Counted from the stretch's first letter, positions 19,932-30,931 are shown. The stretch is DNA of 64,000 nucleotides from Burkholderiales bacterium (GCA_020845995.1 JADLES010000089.1:320-64319); one strand, 5' to 3'. Numbers and translations are program-made. Notes: a model not told the origin generated them from the sequence alone.

Positions 19932-20354
19932 TCATTTTCCCGGGGGTTTCGGCTTGCCGCGGCCGGCGAACTGGGCCTTGACCGTGGCGATGAGCGAAGC
20001 GCGCTCGACCGGCTTGACCACGTAGGCGCTGGCGCCGGCGCGCATGCAGCGGTCCTTGGTGGCCTGGTCCGCGAGCACCGAGACGACGATCACCGGCGTC
20101 GCGACGTTGGGGGAGGCGCGGCGAATCTCGCGCAGCACCTCGAAGCCGCCGACGCCCGGCATCAGCAGGTCGAGCAGGATCGCGTCGTAGGCGTAGTTGC
20201 CCGCCATGCGCAGCGCCTGCTCGCAGGTGCCCGCGAGCGTGACCTCGACTTTCAGTCCGTTCGCCAGGATGCGCGCGAGGAACAGACGCATCGATTCCTC
20301 GTCGTCGACGATCAGCACCCGGTGGCGCGTCGCCTTGCCCGCCGCCTGGCTCAC
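19932..20354 (-). CDS. Single-domain response regulator (CheY-like receiver)
   Basis: 140 aa with VLIVDDEE, the phospho-acceptor context ILLDLLMPGVGG, and VVSVLAD...KP. Confidence 0.9.
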   Translation of the reverse strand: MSQAAGKATRHRVLIVDDEESMRLFLARILANGLKVEVTLAGTCEQALRMAGNYAYDAILLDLLMPGVGGFEVLREIRRASPNVATPVIVVSVLADQATKDRCMRAGASAYVVKPVERASLIATVKAQFAGRGKPKPPGK

Positions 20355-20364
20355 GAGGCGGTCT

Positions 20365-21084
20365 TCATGCGGTCATCCTGCGCGCAAGATCCACGAAGTC
20401 GCGGGCGTTGTAGTCGAAGTCCGCTTCCGGCTTTACGTCCACTCGCACCTTCGGTCCCATCTCCCTGGGCCGGCGCACGAAGGCGGTGGCGAGGCCGCAG
20501 GCCTGCGCGGCGCGCAGGTCGTCCTTGTGCGCGGCCACCATCATCACCTCGGAAGGTTCGCAGCCGAGCATCGCCGCGGCGCCGAGGTAGGCCTCCGGGT
20601 CAGGCTTGTAGTGGCGAAAGAGCTCCGCCGAGAGCACCGCGTCCCAGGGCAGGCGGCCTCGCTTGGCCATGTTCACCAACAGCGCGACGTTGCCGTTCGA
20701 CAGCGTCGCGATCACATGTCGGCGCTTGAGCAGCGCGAGCCCGCGGCGCGCGTCCGGCCAGGGGTCGAGCCGGTGCCAGACGCGATTGAGGTCGTCGATC
20801 TCATCCTCGGTGAGCGCATCGATGCCGAACCGGGCGAGCAGCCCGTCGAGGATCATGCGGTGCAGCTGGTCGATGTTCATCCACGGCAGTTCGCCCGAGC
20901 GCACGCGCGCCATAGCGGGTCGGTAGCCCGCGCGCCACTCGTCGGTGAACGCCTCCCAGTCGGCGGCGATCTTCTTGCGCCGGCCGAGCGCGCGGCATTC
21001 GCGCAGGATGGAGCCGCGCCAGTCCACCACCGTGCCAAAGACGTCGAAGACCAGAGCGCGGATCCGGCGCGGCAGGGCAAGCAT
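20365..21084 (-). CDS. Haloacid dehalogenase type II (HAD superfamily)
   Basis: Contains FDVFGTVVDW (DxxGT nucleophile motif), TLSNGN, and the FRHYKPDPEAY, AAHKDDLRAA motifs. Confidence 0.9.
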   Translation of the reverse strand: MLALPRRIRALVFDVFGTVVDWRGSILRECRALGRRKKIAADWEAFTDEWRAGYRPAMARVRSGELPWMNIDQLHRMILDGLLARFGIDALTEDEIDDLNRVWHRLDPWPDARRGLALLKRRHVIATLSNGNVALLVNMAKRGRLPWDAVLSAELFRHYKPDPEAYLGAAAMLGCEPSEVMMVAAHKDDLRAAQACGLATAFVRRPREMGPKVRVDVKPEADFDYNARDFVDLARRMTA

Positions 21085-21124
21085 GGCGGGATTCTAGCCC
21101 GACGCAGCCGCCCGCCGCGCTCGC

Positions 21125-21793
21125 TTACTGCAGCTGGATGGTTCCGGACACCGAGATCACGATGCGCGTGCTGCCGGGCTCGAGCGCGGGTTGCGCGACG
21201 GCTTCCGGCGCGACCCGCGCCATCGCCAGCGGGCGCGGCGCGGCGCCGCCGGAGGAGATCTGCAGGCCCTTCACGCGGTAGGACTTCGCCTTCATCGCGT
21301 CGCGCACCACCCGGGCGCGCTCCTCGTAGGCCGCGAGCGCCTCCGGAATGAGCGCATTCTCCGCCTTGCGGCGCGCTTCGGCCGACACGGATTGGCTGAG
21401 CCCGGCCACCATGAGGCTCGCCTGCAGCTTGCCGATCAGCTCGGAGGCGGCGGCAAAGTCGGCGGACTCCAGCCGCAACTCCTGACGCACGCGCCAGCGC
21501 GCGACGCGGCCCTTTTCATAGATGGGGAGCGTCTGGTAGCCGGCGGTCTGCGCCTTGATTCCCCTGGCGCCAAGCGCGAGGGCGAGCGCGCGCTGCATCT
21601 GGCGATTCACCTCGTCGGCCAGCCGCGCGGGGTCCGTGCCCTCGGCTTCGGCGACCATCGTCGCGGTCAGCAGGTCGTTGGCGACCTCCCGCTCGGCCTG
21701 CGCGTTGAGCCCGATGACGTTGAACAGCGGCTCCTCGGCTTGCGCGGCGGCCGCGAAGACGGCGAGCAACAGAAGGAGCAATGAGCCGCGCAT
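21125..21793 (-). CDS. SIMPL-domain (DUF541) periplasmic protein
   Basis: Signal peptide MRGSLLLLLLAVFAAAAQA. Overall SIMPL/YggE-like organisation. Start is 1 nt after the upstream gene's stop. Confidence 0.85.
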   Translation of the reverse strand: MRGSLLLLLLAVFAAAAQAEEPLFNVIGLNAQAEREVANDLLTATMVAEAEGTDPARLADEVNRQMQRALALALGARGIKAQTAGYQTLPIYEKGRVARWRVRQELRLESADFAAASELIGKLQASLMVAGLSQSVSAEARRKAENALIPEALAAYEERARVVRDAMKAKSYRVKGLQISSGGAAPRPLAMARVAPEAVAQPALEPGSTRIVISVSGTIQLQ

Positions 21794-21794
21794 G

Positions 21795-22352
21795 TCAGGC
21801 CTTTCGCTTGCGCTCGTGGCGCCACAGGACGTCGCCGCGCCGCGCGGCGCGGTTCAGGCTGCGCCCCAGCACGAACAGCAGGTCGGACAGCCGGTTGAGG
21901 TAGGGGAGCGCGCGCTCGCCGAGCGGCTCGGCGCGGCGCAGCGCGACCAGGCTGCGCTCGGCGCGCCGGCACACCGTGCGCGCCAGGTGCGCGATCGCCG
22001 CCGCGCGGGTGCCGCCCGGGAGGATGAACTCCTTCAGCGCGGGCAGCTTGCCGTTCAGGCCGGCGAGCGCCTCGTCCAGGCGCTGCACCTGCATCTGCGC
22101 GATCATGCTGTGGCCCGGAATGCAGACCTCGCCCCCCAGGTCGAAGAGGTCCTGCTGGACCTGCAGCAGCAGCGCGCGCGGCCCGGGCGGGATGCGTTCC
22201 GCGAGGAGCAGGCCGATGCAGGAATTGAGCTCGTCGATGTCGCCCAGCGCCTGCACCCGCGCCGCGTCCTTGGGCACCCGCCGCCCGTCGCCGAGGCCGG
22301 TCTCGCCGCCGTCGCCGGTGCGGGTCGCGATCCTGGTGAGCCGGTTGCCCAT
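21795..22352 (-). CDS. pduO: ATP:cob(I)alamin adenosyltransferase, PduO type
   Basis: The MGNRLTRIATRTGDGGETGL start, LGDIDELNSCIG and FILPGG are hallmarks of the PduO N-terminal domain. Confidence 0.92.
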   Translation of the reverse strand: MGNRLTRIATRTGDGGETGLGDGRRVPKDAARVQALGDIDELNSCIGLLLAERIPPGPRALLLQVQQDLFDLGGEVCIPGHSMIAQMQVQRLDEALAGLNGKLPALKEFILPGGTRAAAIAHLARTVCRRAERSLVALRRAEPLGERALPYLNRLSDLLFVLGRSLNRAARRGDVLWRHERKRKA

Positions 22353-22353
22353 C

Positions 22354-22707
22354 TCAGCCTAGCACCAGCGCGAGCGCGAAGATGCCGGGCAGCGCCTGCA
22401 TGAAAAGGATCTTGTAGTGCACCGTCGCCGCGCCGAACACGCCCGCGATGATCACGCAGGCGAGGAAGAAGAGCTTCACGTGCAGGCCCGCGTCGCCCAT
22501 CGCCAGGCCCCAGGCGAGGCCGGCGGCGAGAAAGCCGTTGTAGAGACCCTGGTTCGCGGCGAGCGCCTTCGCCGCTGCCGCGAACTCCGGCGTGGTGCCG
22601 AACGCCCGGCGGCCGAAGGGGGTGTTCCAGAGGAACATCTCGAGCACGAGGAACCCGGCGTGCAGCAGCGCCACCAGGCCGATCATCACATCCGCAGCGA
22701 TTTTCAT
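22354..22707 (-). CDS. DUF1304 family small membrane protein
   Basis: ATG at 22707, 117 aa, 4 TM segments. Contains LLHAGFLVLEMFLWNTPFGRRAFG and ANQGLYNGFLAAGL. Confidence 0.75.
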   Translation of the reverse strand: MKIAADVMIGLVALLHAGFLVLEMFLWNTPFGRRAFGTTPEFAAAAKALAANQGLYNGFLAAGLAWGLAMGDAGLHVKLFFLACVIIAGVFGAATVHYKILFMQALPGIFALALVLG

Positions 22708-22807
22708 GGACCGATTCCTACGGTGCGCCAGGATGCCAGTATCCCATGCCGGGCAAGCTATTTCCCGCGCGTGGGCGCAGAATGCGGACTTTCCCGAAGG
22801 AGGAGCC

Positions 22808-23218
22808 ATGGCAAGCATCCGCAAGGCCGATTACTACACGATGAAGGTCTCCCAGCGCCCGGGCGCCGGCGCCAGGCTGCTCGCCGAGATGAAGGCGGCC
22901 GGCGTGAACCTGCTCGCGTTCACGGGTTTTCCGGCAGGCGGCGGCGCGCAGGTCGATTTCGTTCCCGAGAACGGCGCCAGGTTCCGCCAGGCGGCCAGGA
23001 AAGCGGGCCTGCGCGTCTCGAAACGCAAGACCGTGTTCCTCGCGCGGGGCGACGACCGGGTCGGGGCGCTCACCGGCATCCTGGGCAGGCTCGCCGCGGC
23101 GAAGATCAATCTCGTCGCGCTCAGCGCCGTGACCGCGGGCAAGCGCCGCTACGGCATGCTGTTCTGGGTGAAGAAGAAGGACGTCGCGCGCGCGGCGCGC
23201 GTGCTCGGGGCGCGCTAG
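22808..23218 (+). CDS. Hypothetical protein with tandem ACT-like domains
   Basis: ATG at 22808 after AGGAGG, 136 aa. Two repeats of a beta-alpha-beta-beta-alpha-beta-like pattern (YTMKVSQRPGAGARLLAEMKAAGVNL; FLARGDDRVGALTGILGRLAAAKINL). Confidence 0.6.
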   Translation: MASIRKADYYTMKVSQRPGAGARLLAEMKAAGVNLLAFTGFPAGGGAQVDFVPENGARFRQAARKAGLRVSKRKTVFLARGDDRVGALTGILGRLAAAKINLVALSAVTAGKRRYGMLFWVKKKDVARAARVLGAR

Positions 23219-24426
23219 GCGCCGCGTTTCACGACCCTGCTCTCAAGCACGCCCCTGGCAACGGTCGTGACGATGGATTCCCCTTCGGAAATCCTGCTGG
23301 CATCGCGGACCAGGTTGCCGCGCGCGTCGCGGGTAAGGCTGTAGCCGCGATTCAGCACCGCGGCGGCGTCGAGGCTGGCGAGGCTCGCGCGCAGGCGGGC
23401 GAGATCGGCCTCGAGGCGCTCGAGGTGGCGCGCGGAGGCGACCGAGAGGCGCCTGGCGAGGTGCGCCAGGTGCTGGTGGAAGGTGTGCAGGCGCTCGGCG
23501 GGATGGACGAGCCGCCGCGCAAGCGCGTCCACCGCCTGCATGGCGTATTCGATCCGGCGCGCGGTTTCCCGCGAGATCCGGCCGGCGTTCTCGGCCAGGC
23601 GCGCGAGGATCGCCTCGAGCGGCGGGCTGACCAGCTCGGCGGCCGCGGTCGGCGTCGGCGCGCGCTCGTCGGCGGCGAAATCGGCGATGGTGAAGTCGGT
23701 CTCGTGGCCGATCCCGGTCACCACGGGGATCGGGCAGGCGCGGATCGCGCGCGCGAGCGCCTCCTCGTTGAACTGCCAGAGGTCCTCGATCGAACCGCCG
23801 CCGCGCACCAGCAGCAGCACATCGCATTCGGCGCGCCGGCCGGCAGTAGCGAGCGCATGTGCGAGCCGATCGGCTGCTCCCTCGCCCTGGACCGGCGCCG
23901 GGTAGACCACCACCGGGATCGCCGGATTGCGCCGGCGCAGGGTGCTGAGGACATCGCGCAGGGCGGCGGCGGCAAGCGAGGTGACGACGCCGATCTGCCG
24001 GGGGTGCGCCGGCGCCGGGCGCTTGCGATCCGCATCGAACAGCCCTTCCGTGGCGAGCTTTTCCTTGAGGCGGAGGAATTTCTCGTACAGCTGCCCCAGC
24101 CCGGCACGGCGCATCGCTTCGACGTTGAGCTGGAAGCGGCCGCGCGGCTCGTACAGGGTGACGAGGGCGCGCGCCTCGACGCGCTGGCCGTCGGCAAGCT
24201 CCCAATCCAGGTGCGCGGCGCGACCCCGGAACATCACGCAATCCACCTGGGCGGCCTCGTCCTTGAGCGTGAAATACAGGTGTCCCGAGGCCGCCGGGCG
24301 CAGGTTCGAGACTTCGCCGGCGATCCACTGCAGCGGGAAGCGGCGCTCGAGCAGGTCGCGCGCGCTGCGCAGCAGCTGCGAGACGCTCAGGACCGGCGCC
24401 TGGCTCGCGGAAATGTCAAGCGGCAT
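23215..24426 (-). CDS. xseA: Exodeoxyribonuclease VII large subunit
   Basis: 403 aa with an N-terminal OB fold (WIAGEVSNLRPAASGHLYFTLKD). Contains GVVTSLAAAALRDV, VRGGGSIEDLWQFNEE and the C-terminal coiled coil. Confidence 0.95.
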   Translation of the reverse strand: MPLDISASQAPVLSVSQLLRSARDLLERRFPLQWIAGEVSNLRPAASGHLYFTLKDEAAQVDCVMFRGRAAHLDWELADGQRVEARALVTLYEPRGRFQLNVEAMRRAGLGQLYEKFLRLKEKLATEGLFDADRKRPAPAHPRQIGVVTSLAAAALRDVLSTLRRRNPAIPVVVYPAPVQGEGAADRLAHALATAGRRAECDVLLLVRGGGSIEDLWQFNEEALARAIRACPIPVVTGIGHETDFTIADFAADERAPTPTAAAELVSPPLEAILARLAENAGRISRETARRIEYAMQAVDALARRLVHPAERLHTFHQHLAHLARRLSVASARHLERLEADLARLRASLASLDAAAVLNRGYSLTRDARGNLVRDASRISEGESIVTTVARGVLESRVVKRGA

Positions 24427-24445
24427 GGGGCGGACCAGACTACAC

Positions 24446-24645
24446 TAATCCACACTGACGGCGGCGAGCGTGCAGGCCGCGCGCCGCCTGCGCGCGGAGG
24501 CCGATTCTTATCCATAAGCCGCTGTTTGGAAAACGAAATCGCTTGATGAAAAATTAATCGCAACCGAGTCGGCGCAAGCCGCGAGACGGACGCGAGGGAA
24601 TGTTCAGGGATAATCCACAAACTTATCCACATCTTTTGTGGATAT
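24446..24645. promoter_or_regulatory. Cluster of five DnaA-box-like 9-mers in the xseA/exbB divergent intergenic region
   Basis: TAATCCACA (24446-24454,+), TTATCCATA (24508-24516,+), TAATCCACA (24611-24619,+), perfect TTATCCACA (24623-24631,+), and TGTGGATAT = ATATCCACA (24637-24645,-). An AT-rich stretch at 24525-24560 lies between them. Confidence 0.45.
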
Positions 24646-24749
24646 CGCGTTGTCCTGCCCCGGCGGGCAGGGCGTCGAAGTTGCTGCTTACGCACGGTTT
24701 GGCTAAAGTGCGCCCTCGAAAAATGCTTTTTCGATTCAAAGGATAGTCC

Positions 24750-25382
24750 TTGTTCGCCATCATCCAGGCCGCGGGCTGGCCGATCTGGCCGCTGCTCCTT
24801 GCCTCCATCATCGCGGTCGCCCTGATCATCGAGCGCTCGGTTTCGCTGCGAGAGTCGAAGATCGTCCCCCCGACTCTTCTCGACCAGGTGATCGCGGTGC
24901 ACGCGCGCCAGGGCGTCAACGCGGACGTGGTCGACAAGCTGGCCAAGGATTCGCCGCTGGGAGAGGTGCTGGCCGCCGGGCTGCGCAACGAGAAGAGCCC
25001 GCGCCACGTCATGAAGGAGGCGATCGAGGAGGCGGGCCGCTCCGTGGCGCACAACCTGGAGCGGTTCCTGACCACGCTGGGCACCATCGCCACCGCGGCG
25101 CCGCTGCTGGGCCTGTTCGGGACGGTGGTCGGCATGATCGAGATCTTCGGCTCGCAGTCGCCGACCGGCGGCACCAACCCGGCGCAGCTCGCGCACGGCA
25201 TCTCGATCGCGCTCTACAACACCGCCTTCGGCATCGCCATCTCGATTCCCTCGCTCATCTTCTACCGCCACTTCAAGAACAAGGTGGACGGTTTCGTGGT
25301 GCGGATGGAGCAGGCGGCCTCGAAGCTGATCGACATCGTGCACGGCGAGCGCGAGGGCTACCGGTCGCGGGGCGCGCAGTAG
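24750..25382 (+). CDS. exbB: MotA/TolQ/ExbB proton-channel protein
   Basis: TTG start, 210 aa. Contains LGTIATAAPLLGLFGTVVGMI and ALYNTAFGIAISIP. Confidence 0.9.
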   Translation: MFAIIQAAGWPIWPLLLASIIAVALIIERSVSLRESKIVPPTLLDQVIAVHARQGVNADVVDKLAKDSPLGEVLAAGLRNEKSPRHVMKEAIEEAGRSVAHNLERFLTTLGTIATAAPLLGLFGTVVGMIEIFGSQSPTGGTNPAQLAHGISIALYNTAFGIAISIPSLIFYRHFKNKVDGFVVRMEQAASKLIDIVHGEREGYRSRGAQ

Positions 25383-25401
25383 CGCCGCGCGGGTCACGGC
25401 G

Positions 25402-25818
25402 ATGAATTTCCAGCGCGGCCGCTACAAGGAGGAGCCCGAGATCAACCTGGTGCCCCTCATCGACGTGATGATGGTGATCCTGATCTTCCTCATGATCACC
25501 ACCACCTACTCGAAGTACACCGAGCTGCAGATCAACCTGCCGACTGCCGACGCCGAGAAGCAGCTCGAGCGCCCCGGCGAGGTGAATGTGCTGGTCAACG
25601 CGAAAGGCCAGTACGTGGTCAACAAGGCGCCGGTGGAGTTCGCCAGCATCGAGCAGCTCGCCGGCGAGCTGCGGCGCGCGGGCGCCGGCCTGCGCGAGCC
25701 GATCGTGATCATCAGCGCCGACGCGGCCGCCACCCACCAGTCGGTGATCCGGGTGATGGAAGCCTCGCGCGTCGCCGGCCTGTCGCAAATCACCTTCACC
25801 ACGCAGTCCTCGAAGTAG
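25402..25818 (+). CDS. exbD: Biopolymer transport protein ExbD/TolR
   Basis: 138 aa with INLVPLIDVMMVILIFLMIT followed by a periplasmic domain. Confidence 0.9.
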   Translation: MNFQRGRYKEEPEINLVPLIDVMMVILIFLMITTTYSKYTELQINLPTADAEKQLERPGEVNVLVNAKGQYVVNKAPVEFASIEQLAGELRRAGAGLREPIVIISADAAATHQSVIRVMEASRVAGLSQITFTTQSSK

Positions 25819-26786
25819 TGCGGCACTGGGCGCGCCGCGGCGCCGTCGCCTGGCTGCTGTGGCCGGTGAGCCTGCTGTTCGGGGTTCTGGTTTTTTTTCG
25901 ACGAGCTCTTTACAAGCTGGGAATCTTCAAGAGCCACGGCGCCGGAATTCCGCTCATCGTCATCGGCAACCTGAGCGCGGGTGGCAGCGGCAAGACGCCG
26001 CTCGTGCTGCGCACCGTCGAGATCCTCAGGGAACACGGCTGGAAACCGGGCATCGTCTCGCGCGGCTACGGCGGATCCAGCCGGCAGCCCCGCGAAGCGA
26101 GCATTGCTTCCGACCCGTCCGCAGTGGGCGACGAGCCGATGCTGCTCGCCCGCCGCAGCGGCTGCCCGGTGTGGGTCGCGCCCGAGCGCGTCGCGGCTTG
26201 CCGCGCGCTGCGCGAGCGGCACCCGGAGTGCGACGTCATCGTCAGCGACGACGGCCTGCAGCACTACGCGTTGCGGCGCGCCGTGGAGATCTGCATCGTG
26301 GATGCGCGCGGCTTCGGCAACGGCTTCCTGCAGCCCGCGGGGCCGCTACGCGAGCCGGCTTCGCGCCTCGGCTCGGTGGACCTGGTGGTGGCGCACGGCG
26401 CGCCCGGGGTCCGGGGGCACGCCATGACGCTGGAGGGCGAGCGGCTGGTGCGCTTCGCCGATGCGCGCGACGTGCGCGCGGCGAAATCCTTCGCCGGCCA
26501 GCGCGTGCACGCGGTGGCCGGCGTCGGCGACCCGGCGCGGTTCTTCCAGCAGCTGGCCGGCTTCGGCATCGAGGTCGTGCCGCATCCGTTTCCCGATCAC
26601 CACCGGTTCGGCGCACGCGACTTCGATTTCGGCGACGCCGGCCCGGTCGTGATGACCGAGAAGGACGCGGTAAAATGCAAGCCCTTCGCGCGGGCGAATT
26701 TCTGGGTGTTTCCCGTGAGCGCTTCGCTCGACCCCGCGTTCGAACGCAGGCTGCTGGAGAAGCTGGGTGGACCCAAAGCTGCTTGA
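25818..26786 (+). CDS. lpxK: Tetraacyldisaccharide 4'-kinase
   Basis: The GTG start overlaps the exbD stop by 1 nt. Contains P-loop [13 protein letters not shown], and the [16 protein letters not shown] motifs. Confidence 0.93.
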   Translation: MRHWARRGAVAWLLWPVSLLFGVLVFFRRALYKLGIFKSHGAGIPLIVIGNLSAGGSGKTPLVLRTVEILREHGWKPGIVSRGYGGSSRQPREASIASDPSAVGDEPMLLARRSGCPVWVAPERVAACRALRERHPECDVIVSDDGLQHYALRRAVEICIVDARGFGNGFLQPAGPLREPASRLGSVDLVVAHGAPGVRGHAMTLEGERLVRFADARDVRAAKSFAGQRVHAVAGVGDPARFFQQLAGFGIEVVPHPFPDHHRFGARDFDFGDAGPVVMTEKDAVKCKPFARANFWVFPVSASLDPAFERRLLEKLGGPKAA

Positions 26787-26949
26787 AATCCTCGTGTGCC
26801 CGCTGTGCAAGGGCCCGCTCGTGCACCGCAAGGCGGCGGGCGAGCTGATCTGCAAGGCCGACCGGCTCGGCTTCCCGATCCGGGACGGGATCCCGGTGAT
26901 GCTCGAGGAGGATGCGCGCAAGCTTCCCCCCGAAGAGGAAGTGGCCTGA
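26767..26949 (+). CDS. Trm112/YcaR family small zinc-ribbon-like protein
   Basis: 60 aa with [14 protein letters not shown] and the [16 protein letters not shown] motif. Conserved position between lpxK and kdsB. Confidence 0.85.
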   Translation: MDPKLLEILVCPLCKGPLVHRKAAGELICKADRLGFPIRDGIPVMLEEDARKLPPEEEVA

Positions 26950-27695
26950 GCTTTCACGCGATCATTCCCGCCCGGTTCGCGTCCACCCGCCTGCCGGGCA
27001 AGCCGCTCGAGGACATCGCCGGCCGGCCCATGGTGGTGCGCGTGTGCGAGCGGGCGCGGGCGGGCGGGGCGCTCGACGTGACCGTGGCCACCGACGACGA
27101 GCGCATCCTGGAGGCCGTGGAGCGGCATGGCTTTCGCGCCATGATGACGCGACCCGGGCACCCCTCAGGGACCGACCGGATCGCCGAGGCGGCCGTGGCG
27201 CTCGGCCTGGGCGACGCCGATCTCGTGGTCAACGTGCAGGGCGACGAGCCGCTCATCGCGCCCGCGCTGATCGCGCAGGTCGCCGGGGCGCTGGTGCGCG
27301 ATCCCGGCGCCAGCATGGCGACCGCCTGCCACCCGGTCCGCGACGAGGCGGCGATCGCCAGTCCCAACGTGGTGAAGGTCGTTCTCGATGCCGCGGGCCG
27401 CGCGCTGTATTTCTCGCGCTCGCGCATTCCGTACCCGCGCGAGCCGGACGGCGTCTGGTATCGGCACACCGGCATCTACGCGTACCGGAACGGCTTCCTG
27501 CAGCGCTTCGCGCGCCTTGCGCCGGCCCCGGCCGAGCGCACCGAGTCCCTGGAGCAGCTGCGCGCGCTCTGGCACGGCCACCGCATCGCGGTCGCGGTCA
27601 GCGCGGAGGATATTGCGCCCGGCGTCGATACTCCCGCCGACCTGGAGCGGGTCCGCGCGCGCTATATCGGCGATAATCGCGCGCAACAAACCTGA
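26946..27695 (+). CDS. kdsB: 3-deoxy-manno-octulosonate cytidylyltransferase
   Basis: Contains (L)[28 protein letters not shown] and HTGIYAYR. The only start-like codon at the conserved N-terminus is CTG at 26946, overlapping the upstream stop. The tracked GTG at 26796 would add 50 aa lying inside the Trm112 gene. Confidence 0.88.
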   Translation: MSFHAIIPARFASTRLPGKPLEDIAGRPMVVRVCERARAGGALDVTVATDDERILEAVERHGFRAMMTRPGHPSGTDRIAEAAVALGLGDADLVVNVQGDEPLIAPALIAQVAGALVRDPGASMATACHPVRDEAAIASPNVVKVVLDAAGRALYFSRSRIPYPREPDGVWYRHTGIYAYRNGFLQRFARLAPAPAERTESLEQLRALWHGHRIAVAVSAEDIAPGVDTPADLERVRARYIGDNRAQQT

Positions 27696-27703
27696 GGCGA
27701 GGA

Positions 27704-28357
27704 ATGCGCGTCATCCTGCTCGGACCGCCCGGCAGCGGCAAGGGTACCCAGGCGGCCTTCATCACCGGCAAGTACGGCATTCCGCAGATTTCGACGGGCG
27801 ACATGCTGCGCGTAGCGGCCAGGGAGGGCAGCGCGCGCGCGCTGGAGGCGAAGAAGCTGATGGACGCCGGCAGGCTGGTTTCCGACGACATCATCGTCGC
27901 GCTGGTGCTGGAGCGCCTGCGCAAGCCCGACTGCGCCGCAGGCTACCTCTTCGACGGTTTTCCGCGCACCATCCCGCAGGCCGAGGCGATGCGCGTGGCC
28001 GCCGTGCCGATCGACTACGTGCTCGAGATCCAGGTTCCCGACGAGGAGATCATCGCGCGCATGGGCGGCCGGCGCGTGCACCTCGCCTCGGGCCGCACCT
28101 ACCACGTGAAATTCAATCCGCCCCGGGTCGAGGGCAAGGACGATGTCAGCGGCGAGCCGCTCGTGCAGCGTGAGGACGACAAGGAGGAGACGGTGCGCAA
28201 GCGCCTCGAGGTCTACCACTCGCAGACGCAGCCGCTGATCCAGTTCTATGCCCGCTGGGCCGCTTCCAGCGCCGCGGGGACGCCCGCGTGCCGGAGCATT
28301 TCGGGCCTGGGCGGGGTCGAGGAAATCCGCGCCCGGGCGTTCGCCGCGCTCGCCTGA
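27704..28357 (+). CDS. adk: Adenylate kinase
   Basis: Contains [25 protein letters not shown] and the lid domain [12 protein letters not shown]. Confidence 0.97.
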   Translation: MRVILLGPPGSGKGTQAAFITGKYGIPQISTGDMLRVAAREGSARALEAKKLMDAGRLVSDDIIVALVLERLRKPDCAAGYLFDGFPRTIPQAEAMRVAAVPIDYVLEIQVPDEEIIARMGGRRVHLASGRTYHVKFNPPRVEGKDDVSGEPLVQREDDKEETVRKRLEVYHSQTQPLIQFYARWAASSAAGTPACRSISGLGGVEEIRARAFAALA

Positions 28358-28395
28358 TGACCTGATAAAATCCCGCCTCTTTCGGGGGGTTCCGC

Positions 28396-30468
<2,073 letters not shown>

Positions 30469-30494
30469 GCGCGCGGCGCTGGCGCGGGGGTCCG

Positions 30495-30792
30495 CTACAG
30501 CCAGCGGACACTGACCTCGCCCTCGATCTGCTTGAATTCCTTGTCGCCGGTGGCCAGATCGGCTTTGCGTTCCTTCGCCAGCGCCGCGGCAAAGCAATCG
30601 GCGTACGACATGCGGTGACGGGCTTTGAACCTCCCCGGCGGTTACGCCGGTCATGTACATGGGAACGCGATGCTCATGAGCGCCGGCAATGAGATCGGCG
30701 ACCTGCACGCGCGTTCCCTTCTTGATGCCGAACTGCCGCCGGATTCTCGCGGGAATCACGATCTGGCCCTTTACGGTCATGTATGAATCCAT
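30495..30792 (-). pseudogene. Decayed AbrB/SpoVT-type antitoxin + PIN-domain toxin module (internal deletions and frameshift)
   Basis: Antitoxin N-terminus MTVKGQIVIPARIRRQFGIKKGTRV (SpoVT-AbrB fold) runs directly into a mid-PIN fragment (HRVPMYMTGVTAGEV). After an in-frame TAA in the toxin frame, a C-terminal PIN fragment follows in another frame (FKARHRMSYADCFAAALAKERKADLATGDKEFKQIEGEVSVRWL*). Confidence 0.6.
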
Positions 30793-30931
30793 GTGAAAAT
30801 CGCTCAAGATACGAAGGTATGGGGATATACGGTAGGTAAGACGTATTCCAATAGTCTTGCCTCGATCCGGCATTTCGACCTGACGCGTGCGTCCGGTCGC
30901 CGTCAATTGCGCCGACGGGTAAGCTGATCAC

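Noticed and set aside
22417-24546. 709-aa plus-strand ORF, plus several 300-700-aa ORFs in alternate frames (for example 9465..11360, 10088..11236, 28246..29889, 33475..35220, 35541..37379, 43138..45492, 49922..51412, 51842..53251, 53070..54470, 61769..63214)
   Set aside because: All overlap confidently identified genes in antisense or shifted frames and have the Arg/Pro/Gly/Ala-dominated composition expected from off-frame GC-rich DNA.
24609-24627. GATAATCCACAAACTTATC read as a Fur box upstream of exbB
   Set aside because: Only about 12/19 positions match GATAATGATAATCATTATC, and the match is confined to the outer GATAAT and TTATC arms. The same bases are better explained as two tandem DnaA-type 9-mers. 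It is not excluded, and is mentioned as an alternative in the finding.
24427-24749. The DnaA-box cluster considered as the chromosomal origin (oriC)
   Set aside because: No dnaA, dnaN, gyrB, rpmH, parAB or mnmG is nearby. Genes to the left, across more than 16 kb of the window, are mostly on the plus strand, which would be head-on to a fork leaving this site. There is no array of 13-mer-like AT repeats. It is kept as a regulatory, DARS or datA-like candidate only. GC-skew analysis of the whole genome is required.
30827-30846. ATACG-N10-CGTAT inverted repeat upstream of the decayed antitoxin
   Set aside because: The arms are only 5 bp and lie in AT-rich DNA, so the repeat is not distinguishable from chance. 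The module it would regulate is defunct.
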